A stretch of DNA of 52,708 nt from a virus (lineage: Duplodnaviria > Caudoviricetes), in the IMG/VR virus record IMGVR_UViG_3300012685_000003, positions 1 through 52,708 of that record, one strand, 5' to 3'. Of the stretch, positions 42,811 to 52,260 are shown piece by piece; the stretch's first letter is position 1; every line of letters begins with the position of its first letter. The translations under genes and the position numbers were made by a program. The notes below the pieces were generated by a model. The model did no database searches. It was not told where the DNA came from and saw nothing but the letters and a program-made list of their open reading frames with translations.

Positions 42811-43620
42811 TTACTTTTCCTCCTTCTTAGAACGCTCTGCTTCTGATTTCCAACCAACTACATCAGCAGGAGCAACTTCATCAGTTAATTCAATATATTC
42901 ACGCTTAGTTAACTTATTCTCAAGTCTTAAACGTTCCTCTGTTTCAGATAACTCACGCAGAGGAGTTTCCTTATTATCGCCCGATGGACTCGGAGCAGAA
43001 CTTGGGCGAAGATGCGGAGGAATATCGGTTCTCACTTTACCATCCTTGTTTGTGTCAGAGGGCTTTTCGCTCTTATTTTTATCTCCGTCTTCTTCTTTCT
43101 TTTCTTCTTTCTTATCATAACCCTCTGGCTTTGGTACAAGACCTAATTCAATACCTCCACGAAGCCCCAAGACTGAACCTAAGTACGCATCACGAGTTTT
43201 ATCATTCTTTTCCATTAATTTATCGAGTTGAGACTCGACACCTGGTTTAGCTAAGAAGTCTTTAAACCTAGGATCATTCTTAAACTCACCCTTAATTCTA
43301 TCATAATCAGTACCAGCCTTGAATTCATCTCTAAACTCAATCAAAGGCTGGACAGTTTTCTGAATTAACTTCTCTAACTCCTGTGCTGGATTATTCCAAA
43401 AGAGCTTATTCTTTTCATCAAGAGTTGGTGCTCCAGCTTTATCAGCAGCAGCTTTTTGTTCCTCTAACTTGCGATCTGTTTCACGCTGACGTGTATCAAT
43501 CTCACGAAGTTTCTCTATAATAGCTTGATTTTGTAAGCTACTAGTTACCTTAGTTCCACTATCTTCTTCTTTCTTCTCAGTAACCCCAATCTCGTCTTTC
43601 TTCTCCGTTTCCGTGTCCAT
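42811..43620 (-). CDS. Capsid scaffolding protein
   Basis: Highly charged coiled coil, Pro/Ser linker and C-terminal LSETE...LTKREY helix pair. Confidence 0.7.
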   Translation of the reverse strand: MDTETEKKDEIGVTEKKEEDSGTKVTSSLQNQAIIEKLREIDTRQRETDRKLEEQKAAADKAGAPTLDEKNKLFWNNPAQELEKLIQKTVQPLIEFRDEFKAGTDYDRIKGEFKNDPRFKDFLAKPGVESQLDKLMEKNDKTRDAYLGSVLGLRGGIELGLVPKPEGYDKKEEKKEEDGDKNKSEKPSDTNKDGKVRTDIPPHLRPSSAPSPSGDNKETPLRELSETEERLRLENKLTKREYIELTDEVAPADVVGWKSEAERSKKEEK

Positions 43621-43927
43621 TTCCTGCTCCCGATAAAGTGGTTAATTCATCAATAGGTGCTTCTTGTTTAATCTCACTACCAAGTTTAGTTACATTATAT
43701 AAACATTCAACTATTTCTCGTGTTAATGAGATAGCATTAGCATAACCCCTACGTTGAAAAGCATCGTTACTATCTTTGAACAACTGGAGCTGCTTGAGAG
43801 CCTCCGTTTCCAAACATCTGTGCAATTTTAGTAAGTACGTCCATCCTTGGCTCTTGGCCATTTCCCGGAGATAAATTATTTCCTCCGGCTGGAGGTACTG
43901 CTCCAGTTGGATTAGGCTGATTGGCAC
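43577..43927 (-). CDS. Small post-portal protein
   Basis: L..EE...LREM..SQGW..L pattern typical of the gene following podovirus portals. Confidence 0.6.
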   Translation of the reverse strand: MPISLIQLEQYLQPEEIIYLREMAKSQGWTYLLKLHRCLETEALKQLQLFKDSNDAFQRRGYANAISLTREIVECLYNVTKLGSEIKQEAPIDELTTLSGAGNGHGNGEERRDWGY

Positions 43928-45686
43928 CTTGCATCATCCTTTCTATTTCTTCGACAATAATGCGCTCTTTGTTTTTAACATCGAATGTATCCAATATTTG
44001 ACGCATAGCTTCGGTGGCTGCAATCATTCCCTTTTGTAATACAATTTGTTGTAATTGAGGCTGACCTTGAGTTAACAATAACAGTGCTTGGTAATACTGT
44101 GTAATCAATTGTGAAATCTGCATCCAGTTCTGTCTATCTAAAATTCTGTTACTTTGCTGACCTGCTGCAACTACATCAAAAATTAAACTTTGTCTGATTA
44201 AACTAACGGGCATTGTGAGTATATTCTTAAGTAACTCACCACCATCAGCATAATCAAAGTAAGCAATGTTCTTAGGACCAAATTGAACAATATTACAGAA
44301 TATATCTAATATTACATCATTCAAGAACATCTTGACATTCTTCATTATGAAATCAAACTTCTTATTTCCTTCTTGAATTCTAGCTAAATCGCTGGTAGCT
44401 GTTCCAGGTGTACCAACTGCTGGCATTCCTAGTGTGGCTTCATTAACACCTGTACGTTGCTGAGAGTATACTAATGTTCCACTTTCATTAGCAAAGGCTG
44501 AGTTATATACTTCTGATAACTTAAATGGCTCAACGTGAGTCATATCATCTAAGAACCACATCTTACCAGGGAATATTGGTTCTTTGGGGCCATAACCAGA
44601 CATTCTATGAATTTTCAACATTCCCATATTCGCTAATGTTCCAGCATCTAATCTCTGACGGTGCATTGTGGTGATAGCACGCTGGAATGCTTCATTCTGT
44701 TTACATATGCCAATACCTCTCCAGCGACCCTCTAAGTTCATATAAACACCAGTACGATATTCTCTATGCAAATCATCGTACCAGTTATATCTAACGGACA
44801 ACAGTGTATTGCTATCTAAGTGATAATGAACGATAATTTCTTCTAACTCATTATCCTCATCTATATCGAATGAGAGCTGAATCTCTTGCCAGTAAACTTT
44901 ATGAGGTAAATGGCTCCTTCTCTTTTCCAACTCCTCTTGTTTTAACTCATAAGAACGAGCCGTGCCAGCCGTACTACCTTGCGAAAACTGAGTACCTAAA
45001 GAGTAAGGGAGTAATTTCTCGTAACTCCCCTTACGGAATAACCCTGCATCTTCTAAGAGTTTAACTCTATATGGATGCTCACCATGAACTTCACCAGCCC
45101 AAGGGTCTAATTGAGTATCTTTAAACGAATGTGGAAATAAGAAGTTAGCTTGAGGAACATAATCTAGAGTTGCACCGTCCTTAATTAAAACAGGGAACTC
45201 TTGGTTACCACTCTCACTCTTTCTAACTCCCTTCTTAACTATTTTTTCATATCCACTTTTTAGGATGCCAGTTCCGAACTTCTCCAGTTCCATAATGGCA
45301 TCATTAACTGGCTTGAAAATCTTAATATTATTATGAAGTTCATATTCGAGCCAATTTTCTAGTGGCTTCTCAGCTTGGTCAAATTCAACTCCACCATGAG
45401 ATTTTACAGAAAGAAATGGCTTACTAGCCCATAGCGTTGTCATTGTTCTAGCATGAATAGTCTCAAACGCTATAGCTGTTAATGGAATGATAATATTAGC
45501 TGCACCAGTAAATGGGAACGTCTTCCTGTCGGAGACTGGCTTTGCCCAATAGTCATTCTGCCACATCTTGAGTTCATCAATCATCTGAGGACGCTCAAAG
45601 TCATGTCTCATTAGTTCTTCTGAGAGATATGACTTCAATTTTAACTCTACTTCATCTGATAATATTAACTCTTTAGGATAAGTCAC
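43770..45686 (-). CDS. Portal protein
   Basis: 638 aa; PF.GAANI.IPL, G.GI, PGKMW, RTGVNE..LG, TAT; Q-rich C-terminal barrel. Confidence 0.88.
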   Translation of the reverse strand: MTYPKELILSDEVELKLKSYLSEELMRHDFERPQMIDELKMWQNDYWAKPVSDRKTFPFTGAANIIIPLTAIAFETIHARTMTTLWASKPFLSVKSHGGVEFDQAEKPLENWLEYELHNNIKIFKPVNDAIMELEKFGTGILKSGYEKIVKKGVRKSESGNQEFPVLIKDGATLDYVPQANFLFPHSFKDTQLDPWAGEVHGEHPYRVKLLEDAGLFRKGSYEKLLPYSLGTQFSQGSTAGTARSYELKQEELEKRRSHLPHKVYWQEIQLSFDIDEDNELEEIIVHYHLDSNTLLSVRYNWYDDLHREYRTGVYMNLEGRWRGIGICKQNEAFQRAITTMHRQRLDAGTLANMGMLKIHRMSGYGPKEPIFPGKMWFLDDMTHVEPFKLSEVYNSAFANESGTLVYSQQRTGVNEATLGMPAVGTPGTATSDLARIQEGNKKFDFIMKNVKMFLNDVILDIFCNIVQFGPKNIAYFDYADGGELLKNILTMPVSLIRQSLIFDVVAAGQQSNRILDRQNWMQISQLITQYYQALLLLTQGQPQLQQIVLQKGMIAATEAMRQILDTFDVKNKERIIVEEIERMMQGANQPNPTGAVPPAGGNNLSPGNGQEPRMDVLTKIAQMFGNGGSQAAPVVQR

Positions 45687-45688
45687 TG

Positions 45689-46198
45689 TTAACGCTTAAC
45701 CAAGTTAGAGATTGAGCATAGGCCGTATCCAAGTGTACCGTAAAATAACTTTGTGAGAGTGCTAGTGTGATTAACAGGATAAATACCAAATGTCATATGT
45801 GGAGTAGGTATAGAATCAATAAGAAGGTTATTTAAAGGCCCTGGAGTATAAATCGTACTAGTTGCTCCATTACCAGAGCGTAAACTAAATGTACGCACAT
45901 TGGCACTGTCCCTATTAATAACTCTGAACGATACAACGGGCCACAAGTTAGGTCTATTATCGGTAACATTTATAACAACCGTATCATGAATAGTTTGATG
46001 AACGACTAAATTAAATGTATCAGTTGTAAAGTGATTAACTCTAACTGTATCATGCCAAGTTGTTTTAATAGTATCATATTTAGTTATAATAGTGGGAATA
46101 TTGCGACCAATTTCAACTTTTCTTGGAAAAAATACTCGTCCTAAAATAACGCCAGCTATCAATATTAGGATAATTAGTAAATTAGATGATAATTTCAC
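45689..46198 (-). CDS. Membrane-anchored protein, spanin-like candidate
   Basis: N-terminal TM LLIILILIAGVILG; repeated (H/Y)DT(I/V) units. Confidence 0.45.
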   Translation of the reverse strand: MKLSSNLLIILILIAGVILGRVFFPRKVEIGRNIPTIITKYDTIKTTWHDTVRVNHFTTDTFNLVVHQTIHDTVVINVTDNRPNLWPVVSFRVINRDSANVRTFSLRSGNGATSTIYTPGPLNNLLIDSIPTPHMTFGIYPVNHTSTLTKLFYGTLGYGLCSISNLVKR

Positions 46199-46524
46199 TG
46201 TTTTTTCCTAACTGTGTCAAGAATACCACCAAGAATACCAGTAATTACCTTAAGTGGCGTAATAACGAGTTGAGAAGACCAAATTGTTGCTCCTAAAACC
46301 ACTAAAAATGTCCCTCCACCAAGCAACCAAAGTGATAATTTAGCTAAATCCTTACTTTCATAGATTAATTTTACTTGCAGAGCTATCAATCCTACACCTA
46401 ATAACACAAAAATTGTCCCAATTAGCGTTCTAACTATCATTTTTGATAGTTTTTCCTTAGGAACTGCTTGTAAATGCTCTAAAGTGCTTAATCTTGCTGC
46501 TGTATTTTCAATTATTGGGTTCAA
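46195..46524 (-). CDS. Two-TM membrane protein, holin candidate
   Basis: Two hydrophobic helices and a basic C-terminus. Confidence 0.5.
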   Translation of the reverse strand: MNPIIENTAARLSTLEHLQAVPKEKLSKMIVRTLIGTIFVLLGVGLIALQVKLIYESKDLAKLSLWLLGGGTFLVVLGATIWSSQLVITPLKVITGILGGILDTVRKKQ

Positions 46525-46709
46525 ACTAGCTCCTGTTTACGTGAGTTTAACATAAATCCGTAGTATTTCATCATTGCGCGAGCCATTTCTGGAGTAAGCT
46601 TATGTTCAAGTTGACATTTAGCTGAGCAGAAAAATATATTGAGATACATTCTCTTACCACAAGCTAAGCAAGTGCGATAATTTAATAACTTAGTTGTCAT
46701 ATTAAACAT
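46521..46709 (-). CDS. Small Zn-ribbon protein
   Basis: CLACG...FCSAKC. Confidence 0.55.
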   Translation of the reverse strand: MFNMTTKLLNYRTCLACGKRMYLNIFFCSAKCQLEHKLTPEMARAMMKYYGFMLNSRKQELV

Positions 46710-48334
46710 TAAGCAGAATACCCTGTCATAACATCTCTATCAAGTAAAATTTCTTCTTCAATTTTATGATATTTTTCCATTTGTTCTCTAGAAGTACCAT
46801 GACGCCAATAATCTGGACCATAAGCTAGTGCGTCTAACAAGTGGTAATCATCAGTAGCGCCAAAGTTATCAAATTCTTCTATTAGTTCATGCTGACCTTC
46901 ATTGAAATAAATCTGGCCCGCTGAAAACCACTGTGAAAGAGCCCTTACCCTACCCAACTTAGACTTATCTAAAGTTGTAGAAATCTTCTTTGGTTCGGCT
47001 TCAATAATATTGAATCGTAAGTTTCGGAGTCTCATCTCAGCTTCAAACCAAACTTTATATAGAGCTGAGAATATAACTTTCTCTATTACTACTGCCCTTG
47101 GCCACCATCTTTGAACAAGTTTAAATATTTCACCTGCTTGTTCTTCTACTTTAATTGGCTTCTTTATGGTATCTAGAACGAAAATTCTACCTTTAGTGTC
47201 ACAACCAATAACAATGATTCCTCTTGGTCCTGTAGTGGCGGGATCAACAAGAATCAATATATCTAAATCTCTTACATTTACACTAGTTGGAGCTAAAGTT
47301 GTGTCACCAGTGAAAACATTAATTTTATCTCTAGAAGCCCAATAGTAAAAGCGTTTCCACGATGGGTTGAACTCTGATAGTCCTTCACGGGGATCATTAA
47401 CGTACTGAGCTTGCCAGACCTTCAAGTTTTTACGTAGGATTTCTACAGCACGATCATTGAATTCCTCTGAAAATATATATTTCAACACTCCATTTGAATC
47501 TTTCTCTTGAATTCTCCTAATATACTTAATCATCCTATCACCATATTGCTTGATGGCATGACCATATACATCATCTAGCGAATATCGCGTTCCTAATAGA
47601 TCAATGTGGTCCAGCGTAAGACGAACTAAGAACGCTTGAATGTTATCAAACCATTGAATTAGTGTAGCACGCTCAACAGCACTATCTCTAGCTTTGTCAC
47701 CAAATATATCATCTAGTTTAATTAAGTTATAATGGCGTCCTTGTGAGTGACCTCCAACGCCAATTGTATCAAAAGTTGGTTCACCCCAATGTTCAGTTCT
47801 TGGTAACTCTAATTCAGTTTTGTTCATTCTCTGAACACGAGGATTTGGTACTAACTCTGGAAACAGCCCCATTAACCTTGGGTTATTGGTAAAATGACGA
47901 GTTGTTTCGTATAAGAATCTTGTGGCTCCTTCGTGCGATTCATGCCCAAATAAAATACGACAATTTGATCCAATACACCTAGGCCAAGCAGCATCGGGAT
48001 TAGGAAGAACACACTGAATACTATCTGTAATAGTAACTGTAGTAGTTTTAAAGTGTCCGCGAGGCATTAATACCATTCTATACTGTTCACTCTGAGTTCT
48101 ACCTAACCAAGCACATACATTACCATGTAAATCTGGAGACATTCTAGTATAACCTAATATTCCATATCCTAGAAAGAATCCATCAGTAACACATCTATTC
48201 TTAAGATAGTTTATTTCATCACTAGCTAATTTCTCATATTTCTTCTCTGAAGCTTTACGAGCTGCATTGATACTAGTTTGATCTATTAACTTAGCCCAAT
48301 CTTCATCAGAGCGTTCTGGTAAGCTATTTCCCAT
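46709..48334 (-). CDS. terL: Terminase large subunit (start revised to MGNSLPERS)
   Basis: MPRGHFKTT Walker A, GRHYNLIKLDD Walker B, LGTRY, VDPA, IEK, LLDALAY. Confidence 0.92.
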   Translation of the reverse strand: MGNSLPERSDEDWAKLIDQTSINAARKASEKKYEKLASDEINYLKNRCVTDGFFLGYGILGYTRMSPDLHGNVCAWLGRTQSEQYRMVLMPRGHFKTTTVTITDSIQCVLPNPDAAWPRCIGSNCRILFGHESHEGATRFLYETTRHFTNNPRLMGLFPELVPNPRVQRMNKTELELPRTEHWGEPTFDTIGVGGHSQGRHYNLIKLDDIFGDKARDSAVERATLIQWFDNIQAFLVRLTLDHIDLLGTRYSLDDVYGHAIKQYGDRMIKYIRRIQEKDSNGVLKYIFSEEFNDRAVEILRKNLKVWQAQYVNDPREGLSEFNPSWKRFYYWASRDKINVFTGDTTLAPTSVNVRDLDILILVDPATTGPRGIIVIGCDTKGRIFVLDTIKKPIKVEEQAGEIFKLVQRWWPRAVVIEKVIFSALYKVWFEAEMRLRNLRFNIIEAEPKKISTTLDKSKLGRVRALSQWFSAGQIYFNEGQHELIEEFDNFGATDDYHLLDALAYGPDYWRHGTSREQMEKYHKIEEEILLDRDVMTGYSA

Positions 48335-48959
48335 TTTTACTCGTGTTAGCAGGAAGTAACTTGCCCGTCGTAATAATTTCATCTGTTACGTTTAATAACT
48401 TTGCCTTGTCCGCCATTCTCATTCCTTCAATAATTCCTCTTGCTAGCTCAGGAGCTAAGAACACAGCATTCTTAGCATTAATTCCACCAACACCTTGATC
48501 TGACTTGAGAACTCCAGTTCCCTTTAAAATAGCAACTGAACGATCAAACATAGCAAATGGTTGGCCTGCTGCTAAATCATCATTATCAATAACAGCAGCC
48601 ATTCTTGAAAGAGCTTTATCTTGGAGATGAGCTATTCTTTCCTCAGTTTTTAACTCTATACTTTTACGTAGGTTATCATGTAATTGACGCCTGAGTAACT
48701 TAGCTTGAGGAGTATTTAATACAGCACTTACGTGTTGTTTAGTGTAATGATACTTCTCAGCTATGTCTACATTTGACGCACCTAGAACGCTACGTAGAAC
48801 CCACTCGTCGAAAAGAGATTCCCACTTCTTAGGAACCCACTTCTTAGAGTTACTAACAGCAGGTGCTCTTACACGCTCTAATTCATTTCCCTTATGATCG
48901 GTAACAGGAGCAAACTCAAGTTTTAGGTTCGGAGCTGCCATTGTCCTCTCCACTGTCAA
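48324..48959 (-). CDS. Putative terminase small subunit (HTH)
   Basis: GASNVDIAEKYHYTKQHVSAVLN HTH, directly upstream of terL. Confidence 0.6.
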   Translation of the reverse strand: MTVERTMAAPNLKLEFAPVTDHKGNELERVRAPAVSNSKKWVPKKWESLFDEWVLRSVLGASNVDIAEKYHYTKQHVSAVLNTPQAKLLRRQLHDNLRKSIELKTEERIAHLQDKALSRMAAVIDNDDLAAGQPFAMFDRSVAILKGTGVLKSDQGVGGINAKNAVFLAPELARGIIEGMRMADKAKLLNVTDEIITTGKLLPANTSKNGK

Positions 48960-49155
48960 CTATTGGAATACCGTCAGTTAAGATTTCATTTAATGAGTTA
49001 TTAACTTTATTAAGAAACCAAACTTGTAGTGCTGTATCTTGAGAGAAACCTTGTTTAAGAAAAACAGGTAATACTTGTTCCTTGAAATCACCTAAGTATT
49101 CCATCCAACCTTCTTCAACAACTTCTGGAAAATATAACTCACGTTCACGGGGCAT
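48916..49155 (-). CDS. Hypothetical protein
   Basis: AGGAGG RBS. Confidence 0.65.
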   Translation of the reverse strand: MPRERELYFPEVVEEGWMEYLGDFKEQVLPVFLKQGFSQDTALQVWFLNKVNNSLNEILTDGIPIVDSGEDNGSSEPKT

Positions 49156-49166
49156 CTTACCTCCTA

Positions 49167-49325
49167 CTATTGCTTAACTCCCTTTGAATAAATAACTCCT
49201 AAGAACCTCTTCTGTTTAGGAGTCAGTGGTTTACCATGAGCAGTACCATCTCTAAGCATCTCACCGGCTTTAGTGGGCGTTATCTTACTACTTTCACTTG
49301 GTAATTTCTTCTTTTTGGATGCCAT
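49167..49325 (-). CDS. Small basic protein, 52 aa (MASKKKKLPS...EMLRDGTAHGKPLTPKQKRFLG), not in ORF track
   Basis: Read manually; AGGGA RBS. Confidence 0.7.
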   Translation of the reverse strand: MASKKKKLPSESSKITPTKAGEMLRDGTAHGKPLTPKQKRFLGVIYSKGVKQ

Positions 49326-49345
49326 AAGTAGTCCCTAGTGACTAG

Positions 49346-49681
49346 TTACGCTTTAGGAAAGAACTGACCAGGACCACGAACCTTAGTCAGTAAGTTATCT
49401 ACAACTGAACTTGGATTGGTAAACATTTCAACAAACTTTGCTATCTTATCCTTAAAACCATCTTGATAGTCTGTTGGACTATCTACTGGACGATCAGGCC
49501 AATGAATTATCAAAGCTAACTCAACATTGTTATTATGAGCTTTGAAATCCTTAACAAACTCTCTAACACGACAGTCAGGACAGTTTAAGTTACTACAACC
49601 GAAAACTTCTTTGCCTTCACCTAATTGTCGTTCACAACCATGACCACCAACTGCATCAATGATAATTCTAAACCTACCCAT
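49346..49681 (-). CDS. Hypothetical Cys/His protein
   Basis: GGHGC...GC..NCPDC; GAGGAG RBS. Confidence 0.7.
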   Translation of the reverse strand: MGRFRIIIDAVGGHGCERQLGEGKEVFGCSNLNCPDCRVREFVKDFKAHNNNVELALIIHWPDRPVDSPTDYQDGFKDKIAKFVEMFTNPSSVVDNLLTKVRGPGQFFPKA

Positions 49682-49735
49682 AGTAATACTCCTCTCTACT
49701 AGGTTCTACTTGGTTATACTAGGGACTACTTATAG

Positions 49736-49921
49736 CTATGATAAAGGCCCAAATGGAGGTCTATCATGTCCAACATTTAAACTTACATAGTGTTCCACAA
49801 ACAATCCAATTGATAGAATTATAATTCCTAATACATTACCTCTATTAGCATAATATAACCAACCAACCATTGTAACAACCTCAATAGCTGTAAACAGAAA
49901 TGTTCCAAATAGTCGGTTCAT
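49736..49921 (-). CDS. Small two-TM membrane protein
   Basis: Two hydrophobic segments. Confidence 0.6.
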   Translation of the reverse strand: MNRLFGTFLFTAIEVVTMVGWLYYANRGNVLGIIILSIGLFVEHYVSLNVGHDRPPFGPLS

Positions 49922-50035
49922 TATTTTGGCACCTTCAATTTGTAAGGTTTAAGTAATCTTTTCATATCAACAGAAACTTTTTTCTCATTATAAGTTTTCT
50001 TAGGAGGAGCTATTCTTTTAACAATATGTTTCATA

Positions 50036-50374
50036 TTATGGTAATAGTTCTTCGACAGGATGTACCTCGTACCAGCGATGCTCAGGATCGTAACGTGAAA
50101 TTCCACGAACGGTAATCGTATCTCCGCTTTTAGGATGGCGGCAAGGTAACTTAGGAATACACTCAGCAATTATAAATCTATTAAGAGTATCTGGATATAT
50201 TGATAGTAACTTAATATGAGTATCGCCATCAGTCTCAGCTACCGTATAAGCAACAATTCCTCTTACCTCTACGTGAGTATGATGAAACGACCCGCTAGAT
50301 AAAACCACTACACTAACGGGCCAATAGTATCTAGCTAGTAACAATGTTACAAATATTACGTATAACGTTCTCAC
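50036..50374 (-). CDS. Secreted or membrane-anchored OB-fold-like protein
   Basis: N-terminal hydrophobic segment; VEVRG.V...E.DGD.HI.L...GD.ITVRG...D..H.WYEVHPV. Confidence 0.6.
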   Translation of the reverse strand: MRTLYVIFVTLLLARYYWPVSVVVLSSGSFHHTHVEVRGIVAYTVAETDGDTHIKLLSIYPDTLNRFIIAECIPKLPCRHPKSGDTITVRGISRYDPEHRWYEVHPVEELLP

Positions 50375-50608
50375 TTAACCTTTAACTTTCTTAAGATTGG
50401 GATTAGCTTTCTTAGCTGCTGGACTTGCTTTACGAGCAGCATTAGCTACAATCGCTCCTGCTACTGCTGGAGAATAACCTTCTCCTTCTACTTTACTCTC
50501 TACAGCTTTAAAACCTGGGTGCCCGCCAGCAGCTTTTGAGTGAGTACCGTAAACAGTATGATGAGCTTCTGCTGTTTTACCTTTGATTGATTCATGTTTG
50601 AAAGCCAT
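50375..50608 (-). CDS. Small basic phage protein
   Basis: HPGFKAV...AGAIVA.AARKASPAAKKANPNLKKVKG. Confidence 0.75.
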   Translation of the reverse strand: MAFKHESIKGKTAEAHHTVYGTHSKAAGGHPGFKAVESKVEGEGYSPAVAGAIVANAARKASPAAKKANPNLKKVKG

Positions 50609-50925
50609 TATGGTTTCTTCTTTCCATATCTACGTACAGCTTCTTGCTGTTGTCTTTCTAGTGCGCTATTCGCAACATCAGCTTTTTGTTGTGCAACTCG
50701 ACGAGCGGCTCTATTAGTTGAAGAATAACTTGATATTACATCTGCTGGGTTAAGAGTATTCATACCTGTAGCATCAGCCACATCAAACTTCTCTGTATTA
50801 GCCTCACTAGCTTGCTGCTGACGTTTAGCTAAACCAGGAGTAACAAATGGTTTTATTGGCTCTTGTGTAGGCTCTCCTGTAGGAGCACCCTTAATAGAAT
50901 GTTTAGCCCAAAACGCTTTGCTCAT
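50608..50925 (-). CDS. Low-complexity late protein
   Basis: Coupled ORF; N-terminus MSKAFWAKHSIKG. Confidence 0.7.
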   Translation of the reverse strand: MSKAFWAKHSIKGAPTGEPTQEPIKPFVTPGLAKRQQQASEANTEKFDVADATGMNTLNPADVISSYSSTNRAARRVAQQKADVANSALERQQQEAVRRYGKKKP

Positions 50926-51245
50926 GGCTTTCTCCTAGCTACCCTAGTAGCGTCAGGTGGAGTTACAGCAGTATCGGCTAAATTAAAATTGGTAGGATCA
51001 GTTGGTTGAGGATTATCAAATTCACTTTGAGTTGGTCTGATAGCAGGAAGCCCACTAGCTTCTCTAATGTTACGAAGCAACTTAGCTTCATTGGACATAT
51101 GAGTAGCTAGCTCTGGCTGACTCATTTTACTAACATCCACTCTACCTTCTCTGAGCGTTCTGATTAATGCGGAGGGCGTTTTCTTTCCACTATTACTAGT
51201 TGGAACTTGCTTAATAGAATGAGCTTTCCAAAATTTATCTGTCAT
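50922..51245 (-). CDS. Low-complexity late protein (start revised to MTDKFWKAHSIK)
   Basis: AGGGA RBS before ATG 51245; homologous N-terminus to its neighbour. Confidence 0.7.
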   Translation of the reverse strand: MTDKFWKAHSIKQVPTSNSGKKTPSALIRTLREGRVDVSKMSQPELATHMSNEAKLLRNIREASGLPAIRPTQSEFDNPQPTDPTNFNLADTAVTPPDATRVARRKP

Positions 51246-51268
51246 TTTTATTATCCCTATTACCAAAA

Positions 51269-51643
51269 TTAATTTCCATATTGTTTGCTTAATCTTACTG
51301 TCCTGGCAGCACTAACAGCTACAAGAGCTTTAATCCTAATTCCAGTAGAAGCTGCTAATCCCCAAGGTAATAGATAACTTTTTGTGGCATTATTAGGAAT
51401 AACGAAATCAGCTAGTGCAGCACCATTTAATATTTGAAATGTTCTGAATACAGCAGTTGCTGCTAATGGATCAGCGTCACTAGTAGTCTCTAATGTGAAA
51501 GTAGTAGCGTCAGCCATATCAATATTCTCTGCTATGATATTTTCAGCGTCCTCATATCCACCAGCAGCAGCAATTACATTACTTACACTCTGTCCATTTG
51601 GGACTACTAAATCTCCTATTTTAGCTACCGCTGTCACGCCCAT
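51269..51643 (-). CDS. First late gene, putative virion structural protein
   Basis: AAGGGGA RBS; beta-rich. Confidence 0.65.
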   Translation of the reverse strand: MGVTAVAKIGDLVVPNGQSVSNVIAAAGGYEDAENIIAENIDMADATTFTLETTSDADPLAATAVFRTFQILNGAALADFVIPNNATKSYLLPWGLAASTGIRIKALVAVSAARTVRLSKQYGN

Positions 51644-51718
51644 TGTAATATCCCCTTATCATTATACTCTTAAGTGGACGGAACACACCCGTCCTGACAG
51701 ATTTCTTACTCTGCCCTG

Positions 51719-51747
51719 AATATACCACTATCGCGTTAACCTGTCAA
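51719..51747 (-). promoter_or_regulatory. Promoter for the morphogenesis arm
   Basis: Minus strand TTGACA-ggttaacgcgatagtgg(17)-TATATT. Confidence 0.8.
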
Positions 51748-52179
51748 CTATTCCCACATTCCAATTGTCCAATTGGAATTCCAACTCGTCCAACTAGCAG
51801 TTCCCGCTGACGACACATTATTCATATCTACAAGTTAGCTCATTCACAAGTTAGCTCACTCATGAGTAATCCCTTTACTAAATAGTGTCTAAATTTATTA
51901 GAGATTTTGTTACAGGTAGATGAGAAAAGTCGCCCCGCGGTTTTTCGGGGTACCGGGGTTAGCTCCATAGTAATGGCAGTGTCATTACACTGTAACAGCG
52001 CGAGCCGTGGGGCGCCAGTGTCTAGACAGTGACTCACTGTAACGACAGTGATAAGTTAAGCGACAGTGATTAGACACTATCACAACGGGCGTGGAGCAGC
52101 CCGCCACGTAGGAAAAGACTGACAAACAATTACCGAAGGATAGATAACAACACTGTAATGTGATTGTTACATTAGCTAG

Positions 52180-52208
52180 TTGACTTGAGCTAGCGGGCTA
52201 GTTAGATT
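52180..52208 (+). promoter_or_regulatory. Divergent early promoter
   Basis: TTGACT-17 nt-TAGATT. Confidence 0.65.
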
Positions 52209-52260
52209 TCCCTTTAGCTCGAAGTAGGCTCTTTGACAGGTAACTCACTAAGGAGGCAAT

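Noticed and set aside
21294-45064. Short plus-strand ORFs within the late arm, and minus-strand ORFs within the early arm
   Set aside because: They are antisense to long, motif-bearing genes and lack RBS or recognisable motifs.
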